From positions 410 through 64,409 of the forward strand of contig CALWKR010000031.1 in NCBI GenBank assembly GCA_944381315.1: a DNA stretch of 64,000 bases. The letters run 5' to 3'. Every line of letters starts with the position of its first letter. The stretch's first letter is position 1. Of this stretch, positions 42,896 to 51,249 are shown one piece after another. Origin of the DNA: an uncultured Christensenellaceae bacterium (GTDB lineage Bacteria > Bacillota > Clostridia > Christensenellales > UBA3700). Below the pieces are notes generated by a model, which saw nothing but the letters and a program-made list of their open reading frames with translations, did not search any database and was not told where the DNA came from. A program made the position numbers and the translations under genes.

Positions 42896-43750
42896 TTATT
42901 TGCCGAGCGCGATCAGCATTTCGCGCACGATTTTGCAAGCAACGGCGGTCGAGGCGCCGCTTGGGTCATAATGGGGACTCAGCTCGTTGACGTCGAGTCC
43001 CTTGACGTCGCAACCTTTGACTACCGCGGTCGCGGCGCGACGCAGCGCGTCAAAGCTCACGCCTCCCGGCTCGGGCGTACCGGTGCCGGGGAACACGGAC
43101 GGATCGAGCACGTCGAGGTCGAGAGTGAAGTAGACGGGCTTGCCTTGAAGCGCGCGGACGGCGTCGTCCAAGCCGTCGAAACCGAACTTGACCGTGTCCA
43201 CTCTGCCCTTGCCGAAAACGAACTCGGACTTGTCGCCGGAACGTATCCCGAATTGATGGATCCTGCCGTCTCCGACAAGCTCATAACAACGTCTTAACAC
43301 ACACGCGTGCGAAAATTTTACTCCGAGATAGTCGTCCCTGAGATCGGCGTGAGCGTCAAAGTGCACGATGTGCAGATCGGGATATTTTTTGACTGCTGCG
43401 CGCACCGCCCCGAGCGTCACGAGATGTTCGCCGCCCAGCATGAACGGCGCCTTGCCGTCGCTCAAAATGCGAGCAGCCATATCCTCTATAGCGTCGGTGA
43501 CGAGGACGGAATCGCCTATCGCGAGCTCGAGATCGCCTGCGTCAAAGACGTCGACGTCGGACAGCTCGCGGTCTTGGTAGGGGCTGTATTCTTCAAGCCC
43601 GTAGGACTCGCGTCTGATCGCCGACGGGCCGAAGCGCGTGCCCGGTCTGAACGACGTCGTGCCGTCGTAGGGCGCGCCGAACAGCACCACCGAAGCGCGG
43701 TCATAGTCACAGTCGCAGCCCATGAATGCGTCAATCTGCCTGTTCAACAT
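42896..43750 (-). CDS. speB: Agmatinase
   Basis: 284 aa. Ureohydrolase Mn motifs (GGEH, HFDAHADL, DLDVLDP). Confidence 0.9.
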   Translation of the reverse strand: MLNRQIDAFMGCDCDYDRASVVLFGAPYDGTTSFRPGTRFGPSAIRRESYGLEEYSPYQDRELSDVDVFDAGDLELAIGDSVLVTDAIEDMAARILSDGKAPFMLGGEHLVTLGAVRAAVKKYPDLHIVHFDAHADLRDDYLGVKFSHACVLRRCYELVGDGRIHQFGIRSGDKSEFVFGKGRVDTVKFGFDGLDDAVRALQGKPVYFTLDLDVLDPSVFPGTGTPEPGGVSFDALRRAATAVVKGCDVKGLDVNELSPHYDPSGASTAVACKIVREMLIALGK

Positions 43751-44591
43751 TTTTCAAAAGCTCCTCCACATATGCGGGAATGTAGAACGCTCCTTTGTGA
43801 AGCATCGTCGTATAGTATTTGCATTGCAGTCCGCGCGCGTTCCATCTCTTCTCGTCGAGGTCGCGCAGCGGATGATATTTTTTGGACGCAAAGCCGAACA
43901 GCCAATGCCCCGACGGATAGGTCGGGATGTGCGCCTGATAGACCTTGCTGATCGGGAAGGACTCCACTATCCGCTTGTGCGCGCGCTGGCACGCGAGCGC
44001 GTCCTCGCGGTAGAACGGACTCTCGTGCTGGTTGATCATTATGCCGTCCTCTTTGAGCGCCTTGTAGCAATTGCCGTAGAATTCGCGCGTGAACAGCCCT
44101 TCGCCGGGGCCGAACGGATCTGTGCTGTCCACGATGATGAGGTCGTATTCGTCCTTGCATCCGCGCACATATCTCAATCCGTCGCGGTAGTGGATCTTCA
44201 CGCGCGGATCGTCGAGCGAACAGGTGATCTCCGGGAAGAATTCGCGGCTGACTTCGACGACCTGCTTGTCTATCTCGACAAGGTCGATGTGCTCGATGTC
44301 GTCATAGCGGCACAGCTCGCGCACCGCTCCGCCGTCGCCGCCGCCTATCACGAGCGCGTTGCGCACACGGGGATGCACCGCCATCGCCGGGTGTACGATC
44401 ATCTCGTGGTAGATGAACTCGTCCTTTTGGGTCAGCATCATATAGCCGTCCAGCACGAGGAATCTGCCGAATTCGGGGCTGTCGAACACGTCTATGCGCT
44501 GAAAGTCGCTGTGCGCGCTGTAAAGCTGCTTGTCCACGCGGATGGACAGCTTGACGTCGTTGGTATGTTGTTCCGAAAACCAAAAATCCAT
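43731..44591 (-). CDS. speE: Spermidine synthase (polyamine aminopropyltransferase)
   Basis: Start ATG 44591 (MDFWFSEQH) with SD GGAGGA. IGGGDGG SAM-fold motif and the LVLDG block. Confidence 0.9.
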   Translation of the reverse strand: MDFWFSEQHTNDVKLSIRVDKQLYSAHSDFQRIDVFDSPEFGRFLVLDGYMMLTQKDEFIYHEMIVHPAMAVHPRVRNALVIGGGDGGAVRELCRYDDIEHIDLVEIDKQVVEVSREFFPEITCSLDDPRVKIHYRDGLRYVRGCKDEYDLIIVDSTDPFGPGEGLFTREFYGNCYKALKEDGIMINQHESPFYREDALACQRAHKRIVESFPISKVYQAHIPTYPSGHWLFGFASKKYHPLRDLDEKRWNARGLQCKYYTTMLHKGAFYIPAYVEELLKNVEQAD

Positions 44592-44592
44592 G

Positions 44593-46047
44593 TCATTCCT
44601 CCACAACATTGAGCTTCTCGATGTACGGATCTTCGGGGCCCGTCATCTGGCAGCCCTTCTCTTTGGCATAGGCGATATAATCGAGGATGCGACGCGTGAT
44701 GCGCTCGCCGGGCGCGAGAATGGGGATGCCGGGAGGATAGCACATCACGAATTCGCTGCATATCCTGCCCTCTGTCTTTTGGATAGGGAGCATCTCCTCT
44801 TTGTCGGCATAGAACGCGTCCTGAGGGCTCATCGCGACGATGGGCTCGATGTATTCATACTTCATCAATCCCGCCTTGGACTTCTTGTAGAGGCGGCGTA
44901 TCTCGGCGAGCGCGCTGACGAGCCTCTCGATGTCGCGTTCGCGATCGCCGATGGAGAGATAGGCGAGGATGTTGCCGAGATCGCCGAATTCTATCTGAAT
45001 GTCGTACTCGTCGCGCAGCAAGTCATAGACTTCGATGCCGGCAAGACCTATGTCGAGAGTGTTGACGGACAGCTTGGTCTCGTCAAAGTCGAACACGCTG
45101 TCGCCGTTGATCAGCTCTTTGCCAAAAGCGTAGTAGTCGCCGATGTCGTTGATCTCGTCTCTCGCATAGCGCGCCATCCTCACGACTTCGCCGAAAGCCG
45201 CTTCGCCGCGAAGGGCGAGATTGCGGCGCGAGATGTCGAGGCTGGACAGCAGCAGATAGGACGCGCTGGTCGTCTGCGTGAGGTTGATGACTTGGCGCAC
45301 ATAGCCGTCCTGCATGGACGGACCTGTGAGCAACAGCGAACTCTGCGTCAGCGATCCGCCCGACTTGTGCATGGAGACCGCCGCCATATCCGCGCCTGCC
45401 GCCATTGCCGAGACGGGCATGTCCTTGCCGAAATAAAAATGCGTGCCGTGCGCCTCATCGACGATGCAAAGCATCCCGGCGGCGTGCGCAAGTGACACGA
45501 TCGTGCGAAGATCGCTGCATATGCCGTAATATGTAGGATTGTTGACGAGAACAGCCTTGGCGTCGGGGTGCTCGGCGATCGCCTTGCGCACCGCCGCCAC
45601 GCTCATGCCGAGCGAAATGCCGAGTCTGTCGTCCGTCTCGGGATCGACATAGACGGGAACGGCGCCGTTGAGGACCATGGCGGTCATGACGCTGCGATGC
45701 ACGTTGCGAGGCAAGATGATCTTTTCTCCGCGCTTGGTGACGGTCAAGATCATCGTCTGTACCGCCGACGTCGTGCCGCCCACCATCAAGAACGCGCCGT
45801 GCGAGCCGAACGCCTCGGCGGCGAGCAGCTCCGCGTCGCGGATCACCGATACGGGATGGCACAAGTTGTCGAGGCACTTCATCGAATTGACGTCGAGGCT
45901 GACGCACTTCTGTCCGAGCAGCTCTGTCAATTCGGGATTGCCTCTGCCGCGCTTGTGCCCCGGCACGTCGAACGGCACGAGCCTCATGCTCTTCATCTCT
46001 TGCAGCGCCTCATAGATGGGCGCGCTCGTCTGAGACAGCTTCTTCAT
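44593..46047 (-). CDS. speA: Orn/Lys/Arg decarboxylase family enzyme (Firmicute-type arginine decarboxylase)
   Basis: 484 aa. PLP-lysine context [15 protein letters not shown] overlap with the speD stop. Confidence 0.85.
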   Translation of the reverse strand: MKKLSQTSAPIYEALQEMKSMRLVPFDVPGHKRGRGNPELTELLGQKCVSLDVNSMKCLDNLCHPVSVIRDAELLAAEAFGSHGAFLMVGGTTSAVQTMILTVTKRGEKIILPRNVHRSVMTAMVLNGAVPVYVDPETDDRLGISLGMSVAAVRKAIAEHPDAKAVLVNNPTYYGICSDLRTIVSLAHAAGMLCIVDEAHGTHFYFGKDMPVSAMAAGADMAAVSMHKSGGSLTQSSLLLTGPSMQDGYVRQVINLTQTTSASYLLLSSLDISRRNLALRGEAAFGEVVRMARYARDEINDIGDYYAFGKELINGDSVFDFDETKLSVNTLDIGLAGIEVYDLLRDEYDIQIEFGDLGNILAYLSIGDRERDIERLVSALAEIRRLYKKSKAGLMKYEYIEPIVAMSPQDAFYADKEEMLPIQKTEGRICSEFVMCYPPGIPILAPGERITRRILDYIAYAKEKGCQMTGPEDPYIEKLNVVEE

Positions 46048-46814
46048 TTACGTGCAGAAAAGACGTTGCGGCCGCTGAATATCTCTATCATCTCGCGGCG
46101 CAGGTTGTCCATGATCTCGAGGCGCGTGCGCGGCGGCAGTTCATAGACGTCTGTCTTGAACAGATAGTTTTGGAGATCGATGTCCTTGACCATCATTTTG
46201 GTGTGGAAAATGTTGGCCTCATAGACGTTGATGTCCACCGCGTCGTAGCGGCGCAGCGTCTCGGGGGCGATGTAATCTTGGATGGAAGTGACGTTGTGGT
46301 CCATGAAGAGCTTCTGCCCGTCCACGTCGCGCGTGAAACCGCGCACGCGATAATCGAGCGATATGATGTCCGAATCAAAGGACCCGATCAAATAATCCAG
46401 CGTGGACAGAGGCGTGATCTCGCCGCACGTCGCGACGTCGATGTCCACACGGAAAGTCGCGAGCGACGTCTCGGGATGGAACTCGGGATAGGTATGCACG
46501 GTGACGTGGCTCTTGTCGAGGTGCGCAAGCTGCGTTTCGCCGGCAGGGACCATGCTGTTCTCGGCGATGAGTACGGCGACGGACGCGCCCTGGGGATCAT
46601 AATCTTGACTTGCGATGTTGAGCACCTTCGCGCCGATCATGTCGGTCAGCGTGGTCAAGATGTTGGTCAGTCGCTCGGAATTGTACTGCCCGTCGATGTA
46701 GGCGATGTAATCGCGCTGCTCGCGCGCCGTCTTGGCGTAGCAGACGTCGTAGATGTTGAAACTGAGCGATTTGGTCAGGTTGTTGAACCCGTACAGTTTG
46801 AGTTTGTCTCCCAT
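46044..46814 (-). CDS. speD: S-adenosylmethionine decarboxylase proenzyme (long, E. coli-type)
   Basis: Start ATG 46814 ([29 protein letters not shown]), collinear with E. coli SpeD as I recall it. Confidence 0.9.
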   Translation of the reverse strand: MGDKLKLYGFNNLTKSLSFNIYDVCYAKTAREQRDYIAYIDGQYNSERLTNILTTLTDMIGAKVLNIASQDYDPQGASVAVLIAENSMVPAGETQLAHLDKSHVTVHTYPEFHPETSLATFRVDIDVATCGEITPLSTLDYLIGSFDSDIISLDYRVRGFTRDVDGQKLFMDHNVTSIQDYIAPETLRRYDAVDINVYEANIFHTKMMVKDIDLQNYLFKTDVYELPPRTRLEIMDNLRREMIEIFSGRNVFSARK

Positions 46815-47117
46815 ATTCGTCTCCGAGAAAAAGGGCGATATGCTGTCTGCATATCGCCCGTAAAACAATCTCGTTATCCGACACGGATACCTCACAGAGT
46901 CTATATAGCAAATACACTTTTACTACTCTTATTGATTGTTTTACAAGCGGTCGTGCTCTCGCACCGGTTATTAAGTAACCAACTCATAAGATCGAGCGAA
47001 CTCGATCACAATAAGGCAACTTGCGTTGCGTTCGGCAGTGGACCCGGCTGTCCGTATGGCCTTACCCCTTTCGGGAGGTCCGAATATTTGCATGGATACT
47101 CTGATGATATCGCATGT
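46815..47117 (-). promoter_or_regulatory. ~300-nt structured 5' leader of the polyamine operon (unclassified cis-regulatory RNA candidate)
   Basis: Lies between promoter 47124-47152 and the ATG at 46814. Contains several tetraloop-capped hairpins (46953-46965 GAGA, 46990-47007 UUCG, 47016-47029 GCAA, 47065-47078 GAAA) and ends in an intrinsic terminator. Confidence 0.6.
46826..46859 (-). terminator. Intrinsic terminator (attenuator) inside the speD leader
   Basis: Minus strand reads GGGCGATATGC-AGACA-GCATATCGCCC followed by TTTTT. The T-run ends 12 nt before the speD ATG. Confidence 0.75.
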
Positions 47118-47123
47118 AACCTT

Positions 47124-47152
47124 ATTGTAGCCGAACACAGACGATAAGTCAA
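47124..47152 (-). promoter_or_regulatory. Sigma-A-type promoter of the polyamine operon (TTGACT-17-TACAAT)
   Basis: Minus strand reads TTGACT (47147-47152), a 17-nt spacer, and TACAAT (47124-47129). Confidence 0.75.
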
Positions 47153-47405
47153 CCATATGCGACCAAAAAGATATGGCGCTCATATGTTCGCGCTCTTTTT
47201 CGCACGCATGCGCTTTTTGAGTTCTTCCTTGATCGTGTTGGATCGATCGCGCCCCAGCTCTGTGCGAAAATATGATCGAGACCGAGAAGATCGCTCCCGG
47301 CAACACTTCTTTTCCCTCTATTTGGTGCGCGCGTGCGCTCACAAGCATATGCATGCTCGCGCGCGGAATTTTCGCGCAAATTTTACAGTCGAGGCGTATT
47401 TTTCT

Positions 47406-47433
47406 TTGAATTCCGCCGCAGTTGTGTTATTAT
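47406..47433 (+). promoter_or_regulatory. Sigma-A-type promoter for gltX (TTGAAT-16-TGtTATTAT)
   Basis: TTGAAT (47406-47411) and TATTAT (47428-47433) preceded by TGT. SD AGGAGA before the ATG at 47454. Confidence 0.6.
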
Positions 47434-47453
47434 AGAGGAAATCAGGAGAAACA

Positions 47454-48902
47454 ATGGAAAAAGTTAGAACGAGATTCGCCCCCTCTCCCACGGGCTTTAT
47501 GCATATCGGCAACCTTCGCACCTGCCTCTATGCCTACCTCTTTGCGAAAAAACACAACGGGACTTTTGTCCTCCGCATCGAGGATACGGACCGCGAACGC
47601 TATGTGGACGGAGCCGTCGACGTCATCTACCGCACGCTCCAAACCGCAGGGATCACCCACGACGAAGGCCCCGACAAGGACGGCGGCTACGGGCCGTATA
47701 TCCAAAGCGAACGCAAGGACATCTATATGCGCTATGCCCGAGAGCTCGTCGAAAGAGGCGGCGCGTACTACTGCTTTTGCACCAAAGAACGCCTCGCGTC
47801 TTTGGGCGACGGCAGCGGCGTGCACAAGTACGACAAGCACTGCCTCTCGCTCTCGCCGCAAGAAGTCAAGGCAAAACTCGACGCAGGCGAGCCTTTCGTC
47901 ATCCGCCAAAACGTCCCCACCGAAGGCGTCAGCGAATATGACGACATGGTCTTCGGTCACATCGCCGTTCCCAACGCCGACATGGAAGACAACATCTTGA
48001 TCAAGTCGGACGGCATGCCGACTTACAACTTCGCCAACGTCGTCGACGACCATCTGATGGCGATCAATTACGTCATCCGCGGCATGGAATATCTGTCGTC
48101 GACGCCCAAGTACAACTTGCTCTATGACGCGTTCGGCTGGGAAAGACCGCACTATATGCACCTGCCGCCGATAATGAAGGACGCACAGCGCAAGCTGTCC
48201 AAGCGTTACGGCGACACCAACTTCGAGGACTTCCTCGCCAAGGGCTATCTGCCCGAAGCGATCGTCAACTACATCGCCCTGCTCGGCTGGAGCCCCAAGG
48301 ACAACCGCGAAAAGATGAGCATGCACGAGCTCGTCGAGCTGTTCGACGTGGACGGCATCTCCAAGTCTCCGTCCATCTTCGACGAGGCAAAGATGAAGTG
48401 GCTCAACGGCGAATACATCAAGTGCATGACGCCCCGAGAGTTCGCCGATCGCGCCAAGCCATTCTTGGACGCGAGCGCGGTCGCCGGCAAGTTCGACTAT
48501 CTCAAAGTCGCGAAACTGCTCATCCCGCGCGTCGAGATCTTCTCGGAGATCGCCGACAAGGTGGAGTTCCTGCGCGGCTTCGGCAAGTACGATCCCGCGA
48601 TGTTTGAACACAAAAAGATGAAGATCACTCTGCCCCTCGCCCTCGAGGTGCTGACGCAATGCGCGGAAGTTCTGCCGAGCGTGGACGAGTGGACGGACGA
48701 AAACCTCAAAGCCGTCCTCGGCGAGATCGCCCAAAAGGACGGGCGCAAGAGCGGACAGATCTTCTTGCCTCTCCGACTTGCGCTGACGGGCGCCGCGACC
48801 ACCCCCGGCGGTGCGACCGAAATGGCGGAGCTGCTTGGGAAGGAAGAATCGCTGCGCCGCCTCGACTTCTCGATCGGACTGCTCAAAGAGGCGCTTGCAT
48901 GA
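47454..48902 (+). CDS. gltX: Glutamate--tRNA ligase
   Basis: 482 aa. HIGH-type motif PSPTGFMHIGN and KMSKS-type motif KLSKR. Confidence 0.95.
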   Translation: MEKVRTRFAPSPTGFMHIGNLRTCLYAYLFAKKHNGTFVLRIEDTDRERYVDGAVDVIYRTLQTAGITHDEGPDKDGGYGPYIQSERKDIYMRYARELVERGGAYYCFCTKERLASLGDGSGVHKYDKHCLSLSPQEVKAKLDAGEPFVIRQNVPTEGVSEYDDMVFGHIAVPNADMEDNILIKSDGMPTYNFANVVDDHLMAINYVIRGMEYLSSTPKYNLLYDAFGWERPHYMHLPPIMKDAQRKLSKRYGDTNFEDFLAKGYLPEAIVNYIALLGWSPKDNREKMSMHELVELFDVDGISKSPSIFDEAKMKWLNGEYIKCMTPREFADRAKPFLDASAVAGKFDYLKVAKLLIPRVEIFSEIADKVEFLRGFGKYDPAMFEHKKMKITLPLALEVLTQCAEVLPSVDEWTDENLKAVLGEIAQKDGRKSGQIFLPLRLALTGAATTPGGATEMAELLGKEESLRRLDFSIGLLKEALA

Positions 48903-49453
48903 TCAACGTCGTCTTGGTCAATCCCGAGATCCCCAACAACACCGGCAACATCGTCCGCACATGCGCCGCAACGGGCGCTGTGCTGCACGTCATCGAGCCG
49001 TGCGGATTCAGCTGGGAAGACAAATATCTCAAACGCAGCGGGCTCGATTATTGGGAGATCTCCGACGTGCGGCGCTATCCGAACATGGACGCCTTCCTTG
49101 TCTCCAATTTCGGCGAAAAAGCCGCGGCGAGCGGCAATGTCCCCTGCGATCTCAAACAGACTTCTATCAACACGGGCGCCAAATTTTGGTATGCGTCGAC
49201 CAAGGCCGCGCACGTCTTTTCGGACGTCGACTTTGCCGGCGACTGCTATGTCTTTTTCGGCAGAGAGACCACGGGCTTGCCCGAGGATATCCTGCACGAA
49301 AACTACGCCTCGTGCATACGCATCCCGATGCGCGCCAACGCGCGCTCGCTCAATCTCGCAAACAGCGTCGCGATCGTCGTCTACGAATATCTCAGACAGC
49401 ATGATTACGACGGACTCAAAGAACAAGGCAAGCTGACTCAATACGACGATTGA
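48899..49453 (+). CDS. trmL: tRNA (cytidine/uridine-2'-O)-methyltransferase TrmL (SPOUT)
   Basis: Start ATG 48899 forms an ATGA overlap with the gltX stop. NPEIPNNTGNIVRTC and SLNLANSVAIVVYE SPOUT blocks. About 25 residues are inserted mid-protein relative to typical TrmL. Confidence 0.9.
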   Translation: MINVVLVNPEIPNNTGNIVRTCAATGAVLHVIEPCGFSWEDKYLKRSGLDYWEISDVRRYPNMDAFLVSNFGEKAAASGNVPCDLKQTSINTGAKFWYASTKAAHVFSDVDFAGDCYVFFGRETTGLPEDILHENYASCIRIPMRANARSLNLANSVAIVVYEYLRQHDYDGLKEQGKLTQYDD

Positions 49454-49465
49454 CCTTTGAAAAAG

Positions 49466-49500
49466 AAAGGCGGTCCCGATCGGGACCGCCTTTTTGCTTT
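49466..49500. terminator. Bidirectional rho-independent terminator between trmL and hydA
   Basis: 12-bp stem AAAGGCGGTCCC / GGGACCGCCTTT, loop GATC, flanked by A-rich sequence on one side and T-rich on the other. Confidence 0.85.
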
Positions 49501-49511
49501 TCGAGATCGCG

Positions 49512-51245
49512 TCAGATCTTTTTGTCCGCCTTATATGCGGTGTGAAGGAGCTTGTGCGCCTTGCTGCTGTTGGGGAATCCGAAGTAGTCGTCATAGATGA
49601 CGCCCATGACGGGAGAATCGGACGAGCGACGCAGCGTGTTGGTCGCGTCGGCGGTGTAGAGCGCCTTTGCCCTCGCCTCTTTGAGCTCGGTGGAATTGCG
49701 CACGCTGTCGGAGAGCGTAGGCTGTCCGCCGCCGTTCACACAGCCGCCGGGGCAAGCCATGATCTCGATGAAGTCGTATTGCTTCTCGCCCGACTTGACT
49801 TGCTCGACGATCTTGCGAGCATTGGCAAGCCCGGACGCGACGGCGACCTTGATCGCGTGCCCGGCGACGAGATAGCTCGCCTCTTTGAGGGGGTTGGTGC
49901 CGCGCGCGCTGAAAAAGTCGAGGACGTCGAAGCTGCCGTCGAGCATATGCGCCGCGGCTCTGAGCGCTGCTTCCATGACGCCGCCCGTCGCGCCGAATAT
50001 CGCGCCGCCGCCCGTCGCAACGGCGAACGGATTGTCGAATTCTTCGTCGGGCAGCTCGGTGAACTTGATGCCTGCGGTCTTGATCATGCGCGCCAGCTCG
50101 CGCGTCGTGAGCGCCGCGTCTACGTCGCCCTTCATCTCCTCGCGCTTGCACTCGTACTTCTTCGCGGTGCAAGGGATGATGCTGACGACATAGAGGTTGG
50201 CGGGATCGATGCCGTTCTTCTCGCACCAATAGCTCTTGAGCAATGCGCCGAACATCTGTTGGGGCGACTTGCAGGTGGACAGGTGCGGTATCATCTCGGG
50301 ATAGGTCTGCTCGACAAACTTGACCCAGCCGGGACAGCACGACGTGAACATCGGCAAAGGCTTGCCGGTCTTGATGCGGTTGATCAGCTCGCTCGCCTCT
50401 TCCATGATCGTGAGGTCGGCGGTGACGTCCATGTTGAACACGGCGTCCGAGCCGAGTCTGCGGATCGCGGAGACCATCTTGCCCTCGACGTTGGTGCCGA
50501 CGGGCATATCGAACGCCTCGCCGAGCGTCGCTCTGATCGACGGCGCGGTGAAGAACACCACCATCTTGGTCGGATCGGAGAGCGCTTCCCACACCTCGTC
50601 GACGGTCGATCTCTCGGACAGCGCGCCCACGGGGCAAGCGACTATGCACTGTCCGCAGCCCACGCACGGCGACTCGGACAGAGGTCTGTCAAAGGCGCTG
50701 CCTATATGGACGTGGAATCCTCTGCCTATCGAACCGATGGCGTTGACGCTCTGCTTGTTGCACGCCGCGACGCAACGCATACAGTTGATGCACTTGTCGT
50801 TGTCGCGGACAACATACGGAGTGGAGTTGTCGATCGGCAGCACGAAGTCTTCGCCCTTGAACCTGTCCTCGTCCACGCTGTATCCGAGCGACAGCTTTTG
50901 GAGCTCGCAATTGTGGTTGCGCTCGCAGGAAAGGCACTTCTTTTTGTGCTTGCTCAAAATGAGCTCGAGCGTGAGCTTGCGCGATCTGCGGCACTTGTCG
51001 GTGTTGGTGCGCACCTCCATGCCCTCTGCGACAGGATAGACGCACGCGGCGACAAGTCCCCTCGCGCCGGTCGCCTCGACGACGCACATGCGGCACGAGC
51101 CTACGCAGCTGACGTCTTTGAGAAAACACAGCGTCGGGATCTCGATGTGCGCCTTGCGCGCCGCCTGCAATATCGTCGTCCCTTCGGGAACGGTGACCGA
51201 TATGCCGTTGATCTTCAAATTGACCATTTTCTGTTGTTGCTGCAT
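49512..51245 (-). CDS. hydA: [FeFe] hydrogenase catalytic subunit (HydA, multimeric group A3-like)
   Basis: 577 aa. N-terminal 2Fe-2S and 4Fe-4S cysteine clusters. H-cluster motifs FTSCCPGW, IIPCTAKKYE and MACPGGCVNGGGQP. Confidence 0.9.
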   Translation of the reverse strand: MQQQQKMVNLKINGISVTVPEGTTILQAARKAHIEIPTLCFLKDVSCVGSCRMCVVEATGARGLVAACVYPVAEGMEVRTNTDKCRRSRKLTLELILSKHKKKCLSCERNHNCELQKLSLGYSVDEDRFKGEDFVLPIDNSTPYVVRDNDKCINCMRCVAACNKQSVNAIGSIGRGFHVHIGSAFDRPLSESPCVGCGQCIVACPVGALSERSTVDEVWEALSDPTKMVVFFTAPSIRATLGEAFDMPVGTNVEGKMVSAIRRLGSDAVFNMDVTADLTIMEEASELINRIKTGKPLPMFTSCCPGWVKFVEQTYPEMIPHLSTCKSPQQMFGALLKSYWCEKNGIDPANLYVVSIIPCTAKKYECKREEMKGDVDAALTTRELARMIKTAGIKFTELPDEEFDNPFAVATGGGAIFGATGGVMEAALRAAAHMLDGSFDVLDFFSARGTNPLKEASYLVAGHAIKVAVASGLANARKIVEQVKSGEKQYDFIEIMACPGGCVNGGGQPTLSDSVRNSTELKEARAKALYTADATNTLRRSSDSPVMGVIYDDYFGFPNSSKAHKLLHTAYKADKKI

Positions 51246-51249
51246 ACGA

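Noticed and set aside
46815-47117. Assigning the speD leader to the T-box, cobalamin, SAM-I, lysine, ykkC or M-box classes
   Set aside because: I could not find the class-defining cores I remember (the T-box GGGUGGUACCGCG, the B12 box and AGGGAA/GGUGAAAUCC, the SAM-I GAGGGA...GCAACC, and so on). Only a CCACUG hexamer resembles part of a cobalamin core.
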